Of a stretch of 64,000 nt of DNA, positions 7,862 through 16,045 are shown piece by piece. Source of the stretch: Candidatus Babeliales bacterium. GTDB lineage: Bacteria; Babelota; Babeliae; Babelales; JANWKD01. The stretch is from NCBI GenBank assembly GCA_963722255.1, contig CAVRJO010000001.1:640001-704000 (forward strand), written 5' to 3'. Position numbers and translations under genes: made by a program. How positions within the stretch are numbered: position 1 is the first letter of the stretch; the number at the start of each line of letters is the position of its first letter. Below the pieces are notes generated by a model that saw nothing but the letters and a program-made list of their open reading frames with translations, had not been told where the DNA came from and made no database searches.

Positions 7862-9610
7862 ATGAATAAAAAACTACTAAAAATCTCCCTGCTTTCGCTC
7901 GGAGCATTTTTTGCATCTGCTCAGGCAGCAGACTGCAATACACAATGTGTGACAAGCAACTCATCCTGCGACTCAAACAGCACATCATGTAAAGGTGATG
8001 TGGCAGGATCTTTCTTGTCTGTGCGTCCTAACTTTCAAGTTGGTATGCCTGAAGTAGAATCATTATGGCGCAGAAGAGCTAATAATGGTGAATGTGGCGA
8101 AGGCCGCGAATGTGGAATTGGCGGAGCAATTCAAATTGTTCCTTTTGGCGGACGTTCAACCAAATCCAGCCGTCTTGGAAGCTTCTTCATGTTTGGTGAT
8201 AACTCAAATGCATTAACCGTTGGCTACACCAACCCTCAATCAGCAACAACTGTTAAACAAGTTAACCCTATCAACTTTGGTATCGATTACCATAATGTTG
8301 ATTTGACAGGCAGCTATTCAAGTACCATTACCTTTAATCCACGTCAATCTTTTGCCGGTGTTGGATTTGAATGGAGACAATATCTTGGTTGGTGGAATGA
8401 TTGCGGAAGCAGCTGGTGGTTTGATATTTCTTTCCCATTTGAACACGTTCGCAATAAAATGAATCTTTGTGAAACAACTCCTGTTACTACAGGACCTCTT
8501 GTAACAAGTGCTGCAGCTAATATGATTCAAGCATTTGCCGGAAATGCAGTTTATACAAACGTCACAGGGGTTGGCCGCGGCAACGCAGTATCAATGCAAT
8601 TTGGCCTTATTCCTCTTTCAAGCGATTGTAATGATGATTGTAATAATTCATGTCCAACAACCTCATGCGTAACAACCTGCAGTTCAAACAGAACAACACG
8701 CGATGGTGTTGCTGATGTAACCCTTAGACTTGGTTATGATGCATTATGCACAGAGTGTTGTTATGTTAACGGTTATGTTGGTGTGTTAGCTCCTACCGGT
8801 AACAGACCTCGTGCTCGCGTTATGTTTGAACCTATAGTTGGTCACAACCGTCACGTTGGATTCGTGTTTGGTAGTTTGATGAGCTACGATATTTGGACAG
8901 ATTGCGATCGCGCACTTTCATGGGAAGTAAACTTTGACAGCCTCTACCTGTTTAAAGGTAAAGAAACTCGTTCATTCGATATTAATGGCCATGGACCATG
9001 GAGCCGTTACCTCTTAGTATATGCAAACGCAGCTGATGCAGCCGCTGGTAAAGTTTCTCCTGGTATCAACTTCTTTACTCAAGAAGTTAACGTTACCCCA
9101 CGCTTCTGGACTTCTATCAACTCAGCACTTGTGTATAACCAACGCTGTGGCTTTGCTGCTGAACTTGGTTGGAACTTCTGGGCTAAACAAGCTGAAAAAG
9201 TTAGCTTGAAAAACTCTTCATGCTTTACAGGCGTAACCCTAGTAGGATTAGGAGTAGACAACCAGCAATATGGTTCTATAACTGGCCTTGATAACCAAAC
9301 AAACTTGCTCAACACCATAGGTAATAATAATGCAATTGGACCTTGTGTTGTAGCAACTGTTAATACATTAGTAGCTAACACTTTCCTTGAAGATGTAGCT
9401 ATAGCACCAGCACTAACCGCAGCAAATCTTAATCTTTGTTCAGGAGCAAATCCTGCAGCAATGACCAATATGGTGTATGGTACACTTGGATGGAACTTTG
9501 ACTGGTGTGCTCCAATGTTTGTAGGTGTTGGTGGTTCATATGAATTTACTCCTATAAATACTGCATTGAACCGTTGGACTGTTTGGGGTAAATGGGGCGT
9601 TTCCTTCTAA
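7862..9610 (+). CDS. Cysteine-rich putative outer-membrane beta-barrel protein
   Basis: Signal peptide (AQA), strong AAGGAG RBS, about 22 Cys, aromatic amphipathic strands, C-terminal WGKWGVSF beta-signal. Confidence 0.7.
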   Translation: MNKKLLKISLLSLGAFFASAQAADCNTQCVTSNSSCDSNSTSCKGDVAGSFLSVRPNFQVGMPEVESLWRRRANNGECGEGRECGIGGAIQIVPFGGRSTKSSRLGSFFMFGDNSNALTVGYTNPQSATTVKQVNPINFGIDYHNVDLTGSYSSTITFNPRQSFAGVGFEWRQYLGWWNDCGSSWWFDISFPFEHVRNKMNLCETTPVTTGPLVTSAAANMIQAFAGNAVYTNVTGVGRGNAVSMQFGLIPLSSDCNDDCNNSCPTTSCVTTCSSNRTTRDGVADVTLRLGYDALCTECCYVNGYVGVLAPTGNRPRARVMFEPIVGHNRHVGFVFGSLMSYDIWTDCDRALSWEVNFDSLYLFKGKETRSFDINGHGPWSRYLLVYANAADAAAGKVSPGINFFTQEVNVTPRFWTSINSALVYNQRCGFAAELGWNFWAKQAEKVSLKNSSCFTGVTLVGLGVDNQQYGSITGLDNQTNLLNTIGNNNAIGPCVVATVNTLVANTFLEDVAIAPALTAANLNLCSGANPAAMTNMVYGTLGWNFDWCAPMFVGVGGSYEFTPINTALNRWTVWGKWGVSF

Positions 9611-9626
9611 TTAGGTAAGGAATTAT

Positions 9627-10019
9627 ATGATTAAAAACATAAAAATATTAGCATTTTTCATACTAAGCATGTTGCCTCTCAACTTGCTCTGTATGAATGA
9701 TGAAGCAAGACTTAAGAAAGAGATCGCTGAATTTACCGCAAGAGCTCAAAGCGCAAGACCAGGATCAAATGCACAAAAAGGCTTTTTGAAAATAGTCGAA
9801 AGCAAAAAAGCTGAACTTGCTAGTTTAACTGGCGGCGGTCGTGAAGAAGAGGAAGAAATAGAGAAAGAGCAGATTGAACCTGCTCGTGGCGAAGAACGCG
9901 GTAGACAAATTGACGCCTTAGTTGATGACGTTGCTCGTTTATTGAGAGAAATAAAAAACTCTTTGCAAGGTACCGAAAACGAAGGGCTACTTGATGATCT
10001 TCGAGGAGCTTTGAGATAA
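9627..10019 (+). CDS. Hypothetical secreted helical protein
   Basis: AAGGA RBS, signal peptide ending LLC-MN, charged helical body. Confidence 0.75.
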   Translation: MIKNIKILAFFILSMLPLNLLCMNDEARLKKEIAEFTARAQSARPGSNAQKGFLKIVESKKAELASLTGGGREEEEEIEKEQIEPARGEERGRQIDALVDDVARLLREIKNSLQGTENEGLLDDLRGALR

Positions 10020-10045
10020 CACATTTTTTGACTCGAACAATAATA

Positions 10046-10075
10046 AAGAGGTCCGGAACATTCCGGACCTCTTTA
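10046..10075 (+). terminator. Intrinsic terminator-like hairpin
   Basis: AAAGAGGTCCGGAA-CA-TTCCGGACCTCTTT inverted repeat after the ORF. Confidence 0.75.
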
Positions 10076-10144
10076 GCTTTCCATCAATTTTTTCTATACT
10101 GTAACTCAAATTTTTAATGAAGCATTAATAAAGGAGTTACACAC

Positions 10145-11152
10145 ATGCAAGCACCCACAATTCTCATTACCGGAGGAGCCGGATACATTGGCTCCCACAT
10201 AGCATACCTTTTTGCACAACAAGGCTATAAAGTCATTCTTCTTGATACCTTTATTTATAATCAGCATTGCAATCCTTCTTGGGCCACCATTATTAAAAAG
10301 GATTATGCCGATGCTGAAACATTAACTCATATTTTTACTCACTACAACATTAAAGCAGTTGTACATTGCGCTGCTCTTATTGAAGTCGGTGAATCGGTCA
10401 ATAACCCGGGTGCTTATTATGAAACAAATGTTGCAAAAACTATTATGCTTCTACAAGCAATGGTTAAACATGGCATAAAAAAATGTATCTTTTCATCCAG
10501 TTGCGCAGTTTATGGCATTCCTGAATTTTTACCACTTACTGAAGAGCATCCCAAAAAACCAATCAGCCCTTATGGAACAACAAAACTAATGGTCGAAACT
10601 ATTTTACAGGATTTTCAAAAAGCCTATGGCATTGAGTATGTTTGTTTGCGTTATTTTAATGCTGCCGGAGCATTACCTGAAGAAGGCCTTGGTGAACAAC
10701 ATGTTCCTGAAAGCCATCTTATACCAAGGGCATTGCATGCTGCATTAGAACAAATGCCATTTTTACTCTATGGAAATGATTATGCTACCAAAGACGGTAC
10801 CGCAATTCGAGATTTTGTTCATGTTCTTGATATTGCTCATGCCCACAGACTTGCTTTGGAACATTTAGATAAAGGTAATCCTTCGGATGCATTCAATTTA
10901 GGTACCGGCAAAGGATTTTCAATTAAAGAGATTATAGAAATGGTTGAAAAGGTTTGTCACACTTCGCTTAAAACTATTATTGAAAAACGGCGACAGGGAG
11001 ATCCTGCACTCTTAATAGCCGACCCAATGCGAGCAGAAACAATTTTAGGCTGGAAAACGTTATACAGCAATTTAGAATATATAATACAATCGGCTCATGC
11101 TTTTGCTCTCAGAACTGAAGAACATAAAGGCATACAAGAAAAATTGATTTAA
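10145..11152 (+). CDS. galE: UDP-glucose 4-epimerase
   Basis: TGGAGYIGSH, FSSS.AVYG, YGTTK (YxxxK), LRYFNAAGA, DGT.IRDFVHV.D. Confidence 0.95.
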   Translation: MQAPTILITGGAGYIGSHIAYLFAQQGYKVILLDTFIYNQHCNPSWATIIKKDYADAETLTHIFTHYNIKAVVHCAALIEVGESVNNPGAYYETNVAKTIMLLQAMVKHGIKKCIFSSSCAVYGIPEFLPLTEEHPKKPISPYGTTKLMVETILQDFQKAYGIEYVCLRYFNAAGALPEEGLGEQHVPESHLIPRALHAALEQMPFLLYGNDYATKDGTAIRDFVHVLDIAHAHRLALEHLDKGNPSDAFNLGTGKGFSIKEIIEMVEKVCHTSLKTIIEKRRQGDPALLIADPMRAETILGWKTLYSNLEYIIQSAHAFALRTEEHKGIQEKLI

Positions 11153-11157
11153 AAGAT

Positions 11158-11195
11158 AAGGGCGTAAAAACATCAAATGATATCTTTACGCCTTT
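11158..11195. terminator. Hairpin between convergent genes
   Basis: AAGGGCGTAAA...TTTACGCCTTT. Confidence 0.55.
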
Positions 11196-11219
11196 AACTA
11201 ATATATAAATATGACTTAA

Positions 11220-11831
11220 TTATGCTCGTGCAAATAATGAAGTTACATAATTGCAAGCAGGGTATACAAAATTATGTGCATAGAAAGATACCTCTGATTC
11301 ATTTGCAAAAGCTGCTGCAATTACAGGAGCCGCTAAAACGGTACCAACAACTGCTGCTTTTGTTACAAATTTTGCAGTAGCAACTGCTGCTTGTTTTACA
11401 GGATCTAGGGTTGTTGTGCATTGTACTGCTAATCTCTTACCATTAATTTTAGCACGCTCGAAAGCTGCTCCAATTTTGTCAGAATATTTGATTGCAACGG
11501 CAGTTGCACCAAGACCAAGAACAACACCCGCTGTAGCTAAACGATTGTTATTAGCAACGGCAAAAAGATTCTTACCTTGTTCAACAGCAAAATCTTTCAG
11601 AGCTATAGCTGCTCCTTTAGGATCTTGATACAGATTTTTTGCTTGTTCATAAACAAGTTCTTTACCTGCTTGAGCAAACTCTGAACCAGCTGCATAACCA
11701 TTCTTCAAACCATCTGTAATCATTGATACTGTAGCTGAACATGCCTTAGTTACTAAATTTTCTGCATGGACAGTAGAACCAACAGCCAAAACAGCAACCA
11801 ATGCGATTACGTTATATAATTTTGAGTTCAT
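11220..11831 (-). CDS. Hypothetical exported Ala-rich protein with two hydrophobic segments
   Basis: GGAGG RBS before MNSKLYNV; signal peptide ending VHA. Confidence 0.75.
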   Translation of the reverse strand: MNSKLYNVIALVAVLAVGSTVHAENLVTKACSATVSMITDGLKNGYAAGSEFAQAGKELVYEQAKNLYQDPKGAAIALKDFAVEQGKNLFAVANNNRLATAGVVLGLGATAVAIKYSDKIGAAFERAKINGKRLAVQCTTTLDPVKQAAVATAKFVTKAAVVGTVLAAPVIAAAFANESEVSFYAHNFVYPACNYVTSLFARA

Positions 11832-11923
11832 ATGAACTTCCTCCATTTAATAGATATAGAATACTACTTCTATATCTAAGTTTATATAAAATTATCAAAT
11901 TGTCAATTATTTTTTATTAAATT

Positions 11924-12553
11924 TTACTTTAATGCTGAAAATTTGTTCATTTCTGTCAAAAGACTGAGTAATTCAGCATATTTGATGAGCATTTTCTCAT
12001 AAAGATCTTTGTATTTGGGCTGATCGCTCAAAGAAAGGCAATCATTCATTGTATTCAATAATTCAACGAGTTTTATGCTTATTGCTTGCAAGTGTCTATT
12101 CTCGCCAAATCGTTCAATGCTCAATTCTAGGTTAAACTGCTGCAAAATATCAAAATAGCGTCCTAAGGCTTCTTGATTATTTTCTTCTAAGTGCATATTC
12201 AATAGTGCTTCATAAAGCCGCGTTTGAATATCATGATAGGGAGCTATAAAATGAACGGTTTTTCCTTCGGAAATTGTTTCTGATTCATCATTATTTTGTG
12301 CCGGCTTTACAATACGATAAAGACCATAAACAGCAGCTAAAGCGCAGAATGCAGTAAGTACCGGATGTTTCTTTACAAACTCCTTAACTATTTCTTGGCC
12401 ACTCTGAATAGTCCGCCAAGATGTTTGAGTCACCTGACCCAAAGAGGGAACAGATTGCTTCAATGATTCGCTCCAGGATTGACATGAAGTTAGTGATATC
12501 ATGCTCATTATTACAAAAGATACAGCAGCATAACGAATATATGAATGGTTCAT
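11924..12553 (-). CDS. Hypothetical exported/membrane protein
   Basis: GGAGG RBS before MNHSYIR; signal-like N-terminus (possible LTSC lipobox), one TM, helical C-terminus. Confidence 0.7.
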   Translation of the reverse strand: MNHSYIRYAAVSFVIMSMISLTSCQSWSESLKQSVPSLGQVTQTSWRTIQSGQEIVKEFVKKHPVLTAFCALAAVYGLYRIVKPAQNNDESETISEGKTVHFIAPYHDIQTRLYEALLNMHLEENNQEALGRYFDILQQFNLELSIERFGENRHLQAISIKLVELLNTMNDCLSLSDQPKYKDLYEKMLIKYAELLSLLTEMNKFSALK

Positions 12554-12589
12554 ATGTTCCTCCAAAAATAGTGAAATAACAAAAAATTT

Positions 12590-12799
12590 TTACAGAGAAT
12601 TTCTGCGTATAATAGTATAAATAACGTGATCCGGCTCTTCTTGAGTAGATTGAGACTCATCATCCGAATCAGGTGTGGCACTTTCGTATGCAGTAATAAT
12701 TGGCTCCTCAGCATCTGTCTCTAGATCCATTGAATACAAAGAAGGAATTACTAAAAATACGACATAGAGGCTTAGTTGAAAAGAGAGTTTTGAAATCAC
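12590..12799 (-). CDS. Small acidic secreted peptide
   Basis: GGAGG RBS, GTG start, signal peptide ending LYS-MD; upstream TTGACA-N16-TATACT at 12879-12852. Confidence 0.65.
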   Translation of the reverse strand: MISKLSFQLSLYVVFLVIPSLYSMDLETDAEEPIITAYESATPDSDDESQSTQEEPDHVIYTIIRRNSL

Positions 12800-12933
12800 A
12801 GAATTAACCTCCTACTTAAATGGTAGTGATACAAATACTTATGTATTCATGAGTATAAACAATGATGCTTTTTTGTCAAAACCCCCTGATTTTAAGAGAA
12901 GAATTGGGAATGAGCAATAATGCCCAAAGATAA

Positions 12934-12964
12934 AAAAATAGGCCCTGCGCACAGAGCCTATTTT
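12934..12964 (-). terminator. Terminator after paralog array
   Basis: AAAATAGGC.CTG...CAG.GCCTATTTT hairpin. Confidence 0.6.
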
Positions 12965-12972
12965 AAAATAGA

Positions 12973-13584
12973 TTAGTTTTGAATTATAATACCTGCTAAA
13001 ATTTCATTACAAGTACTTCCAACGTTTTCAGAAGCTTGATTGAATTCTTCCCTGCAAATATTTTTACTTTCTGCATTTTCTTTTTCTGCTGAAGCAGCAA
13101 GCAATTCTTTTAAGGCATTGTTATATGCAAGGACCGTTTCTTTTAAATCAGTCATTTGGAATTCATCCAACTGCCGAAGAAGAACGTTATCAATTAATAG
13201 TTCTCTTGCTATATATTTTTGTATATTTGCTGCAATTCCTTTTCTTGCAGTCTCGCGTCCATCATTATCATCATTTAAATCTTGATTTTGCGGCTCTTCT
13301 TGTGGATTTAATTGACCATCTTCTTCATAATCAACATCAAATGTTTGATTATCTGAACCAGCATTCTTTTTAGGCTTATAGTGTGAATACGCTATATAAC
13401 CTACAAAAATCGCAATCGCGCCAACAAGAGCACCCTTAATGCAGTTTTCAACGGTGATATAGTGCTTAAGAGAGTTTGCTGATTCGTTAACAATCTGATT
13501 TAGACTAAAGCCTTGAGCAACGGGCTGAGCAAAAAGCAATGCTGCAACCATGTATACTATACTTACTTGTGTTATTTTTTTCAT
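12973..13584 (-). CDS. MKKITQVS-leader family exported protein, paralog 4
   Basis: Leader MKKITQVSIVYMVAALLFAQPVAQG, then CIKGA-TM segment and a variable C-terminus. Confidence 0.8.
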   Translation of the reverse strand: MKKITQVSIVYMVAALLFAQPVAQGFSLNQIVNESANSLKHYITVENCIKGALVGAIAIFVGYIAYSHYKPKKNAGSDNQTFDVDYEEDGQLNPQEEPQNQDLNDDNDGRETARKGIAANIQKYIARELLIDNVLLRQLDEFQMTDLKETVLAYNNALKELLAASAEKENAESKNICREEFNQASENVGSTCNEILAGIIIQN

Positions 13585-13624
13585 AATTTCTCCATTTATT
13601 AAAAATTGATTACTATTTACACAT

Positions 13625-14215
13625 TTATTCTTGATTTAGATGAGCAATTATTTTGTTACGGCTATTTTTAATACGTAGTTCAGAAGCATCATCAGGAGTC
13701 TTACAATAGCTCTTGAAAGCTTCTTCAAATTCAACCAAATAATTCATAGTTGTTGAACTGTTTTCACAAAGAACTTTATAATTTTGTAAATAATTTAAAT
13801 ACAAATCTTTAAATGATACAATTCTATATAATTCTCTATACATACTCTCAATAAGCTTTATCAGCGTAGCTTTTATTTCATAATGAAGCTTTTGATCTTG
13901 ATTGATTGCAGACTGCGATGGTTCTTCTTTTTCTTCAAAAATGACCTCTTGATTTACCATTTCCTGCTCTGGCATCACTGATCTTTTATTATTCATAATC
14001 GAACTTTTTTTGTAATTCTGCCAAAATATGTATCCTACGAAAGCAACAAGAGCACTTACAACAGCTCCTTTTATGCAATTATCAAAAGTAATAAAAGACT
14101 TTGCAGACTGAAACATAGTGGGAAATTGATTCAAGGTTATGCCTTGAGCCACAGGTTGAGCAAACATTAATGCTGCTACCATATACACTATACTTACTTG
14201 AGTTATCTTTTTCAT
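13625..14215 (-). CDS. MKKITQVS-leader family exported protein, paralog 3
   Basis: Same leader and TM; C-terminus ends HLNQE. Confidence 0.8.
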   Translation of the reverse strand: MKKITQVSIVYMVAALMFAQPVAQGITLNQFPTMFQSAKSFITFDNCIKGAVVSALVAFVGYIFWQNYKKSSIMNNKRSVMPEQEMVNQEVIFEEKEEPSQSAINQDQKLHYEIKATLIKLIESMYRELYRIVSFKDLYLNYLQNYKVLCENSSTTMNYLVEFEEAFKSYCKTPDDASELRIKNSRNKIIAHLNQE

Positions 14216-14255
14216 AAATTCTCCATTTATTAAAAATTGATTACTATTTGCGCAT

Positions 14256-14828
14256 TTATTCTTGATTTAGATTATCAATTAATTCATTATATTTGTTACT
14301 AAGATATGTTTCGGCATTTCGATCGTTGTTGCAATATCCTTTAAAGGCACTTTGAAATTCACTTAAAAGCGTAAAAATCGTTGATCCTTGCGCACAAAGG
14401 TTCATGCATCCAAAAAGAACATTTAAGTGATCTTCTTGAAGGTGCTTTGACCACTTAATTGCAACTCTATTGGTATAAATACTATCAATAACTTCATTAA
14501 TAGCATTTATTGTTCCTTTAGGAATTTTTTCAGATCTTGTGGATTTTTCAAAAGCAGGACGCAACCAACCATCTGGATGACGATCACCATCCGCGATTTC
14601 ACTGATATTCTTGCCACCTTTATTCAAATTCCAAATAGCATACCCAACAAATGCAGCTAACGCACCAAAAAATGCACCCTTAATGCAATTTTCAACAGTA
14701 ACATATGGTTTAATAGAATCAGCTGATTCTTTAATAATTTGATTAAGACTAAAGCCTTGAGCAACTGGTTGAGCAAAAAGCAATGCTGCAACCATGTATA
14801 GTATACTTACTTGTGTTATTTTTTTCAT
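14256..14828 (-). CDS. MKKITQVS-leader family exported protein, paralog 2
   Basis: Same leader and TM; C-terminus ends NLNQE. Confidence 0.8.
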   Translation of the reverse strand: MKKITQVSILYMVAALLFAQPVAQGFSLNQIIKESADSIKPYVTVENCIKGAFFGALAAFVGYAIWNLNKGGKNISEIADGDRHPDGWLRPAFEKSTRSEKIPKGTINAINEVIDSIYTNRVAIKWSKHLQEDHLNVLFGCMNLCAQGSTIFTLLSEFQSAFKGYCNNDRNAETYLSNKYNELIDNLNQE

Positions 14829-14853
14829 AATTTCTCCATTTATTTAAAAATAA

Positions 14854-15177
14854 TTACTTTTGATTAGGTTGAGATTCATTCTTAGGAATTGGAGACCAAC
14901 TAGAAGGATCTTTAACCCATTTCGGAACTGCCTTAGATATATTATTATCAGACTCATCCGCATACTCTTCTTTGGCCTTCTCTATATTTTTTATTTTCCA
15001 TACGGCATACACAACAGCCACTAAAGCAACTCCTCCGATTGCAGCTTTAATGCAATCTCCGGCTGTAATATTGTATTTAAGTGAGTCATCGGCACAGCTA
15101 AGGTTTGAAAGAATCGGCTGAGCAAAAAGTAGTGCCCCAACCATATATAGTATACTTACTTGTGTCATTTTTCTCAT
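14854..15177 (-). CDS. MKKITQVS-leader family exported protein, paralog 1 (short)
   Basis: MRKMTQVSILYMVGALLFAQP...CIKAA-TM. Confidence 0.75.
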   Translation of the reverse strand: MRKMTQVSILYMVGALLFAQPILSNLSCADDSLKYNITAGDCIKAAIGGVALVAVVYAVWKIKNIEKAKEEYADESDNNISKAVPKWVKDPSSWSPIPKNESQPNQK

Positions 15178-15254
15178 AAATTCTCCATATATTTAAGAAT
15201 AGTTTACTCCTATAGCTTACCATGTTTACAAAATAATACAAGTAGAATTTATAA

Positions 15255-15301
15255 AAGATATTTTTCTGCTATAAAATCCCTATAACCCTAATTCCTTTTA
15301 A
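15255..15301 (-). repeat. Terminal repeat module (AAAAGGAATTAGGGTTATAGGGATTTTATAGCAGAAAAAT), minus-strand copy
   Basis: Reverse complement of the copies at 30177, 51689 and 57791; continues at ~15905 on the far side of the IS200. Confidence 0.85.
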
Positions 15302-15900
15302 TCTCTACGGGTACAATTCCCCGCGGCTTGCCGCGTAGTCAGATAAAAAAATGGAATAAATAAAAAGTCCTGATAAATTGGGAGAATGAGTAAATTAAGT
15401 AGGTTTATATGTATCATATAGTTTGTCCAGCAAAATATAGGCGAGCGGTTTTTACAGAGGAAGTAGACAAAGTATTGAGGTTGGTGTGTCTTGAGATAGA
15501 AAAACGTTATCAGATAGAGTTTCTAGAAATAGGAACAGATGGGGATCACGTTCATTTTCTTGTGCAGTCCGTACCGACGTATAGTCCTACGAATATCATT
15601 AGAAAAATAAAAAGTATAACGGCGCGGGAAATTTTCAAACGAGTTCCCGAAGTAAAGAGGCAGCTATGGGGTGGAGAATTTTGGTCTGATGGATATTTCG
15701 TAAACACGGTAAGTAAGCATGGAAGCGAAAAACGAGTGGCAGAATACGTAAAAAACCAGGGAAGGGATTACATGATGTTGCACAAAAAAGACCCTACTCG
15801 TACGCCAAGAGATCTGGGTCAGATGTTCTTCATGTAGATAGAAATCCTTAAAAAAATTCAATACCCCGCTGCTTGCTGCGGGTGAAATTTATTGTTAAAC
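15302..15900 (+). mobile_element. IS200-like element (tnpA only)
   Basis: Subterminal hairpins CCCCGCGGCTTGCCGCG (~15318-15335) and ACCCCGCTGCTTGCTGCGGGT (~15863-15883) flank a Y1 transposase. Ends approximate. Confidence 0.85.
15409..15837 (+). CDS. tnpA: IS200/IS605 family Y1 (HUH) transposase
   Basis: YHIVCPAKYRR, DHVH (HUH), FWSDGYF, YVKNQ. N-terminus looks slightly truncated. Confidence 0.92.
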   Translation: MYHIVCPAKYRRAVFTEEVDKVLRLVCLEIEKRYQIEFLEIGTDGDHVHFLVQSVPTYSPTNIIRKIKSITAREIFKRVPEVKRQLWGGEFWSDGYFVNTVSKHGSEKRVAEYVKNQGRDYMMLHKKDPTRTPRDLGQMFFM

Positions 15901-15904
15901 TTTC

Positions 15905-16000
15905 TTTTTAATAAGATTTTATTTATAAAATGCAATGCCTTTACTACAAATTTTTTTAAATTAGGTATTTTTGACATAAAAATACCTAATTTAAAAAAGT
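15905..16000. repeat. Remainder of modular repeat incl. AGGTATTTTTG/CATAAAAATACCT palindrome
   Basis: Similar to the reverse complement of 51600-51690. Confidence 0.75.
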
Positions 16001-16045
16001 GTATTAAAAATAATTTATAAGGAATGAACAATTTTCAAAAAAGTG

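Noticed and set aside
15302..15900. TnpB/IscB RNA-guided system with the IS200 elements (also 62890-63525)
   Set aside because: Both elements are ~0.6 kb and contain only tnpA.
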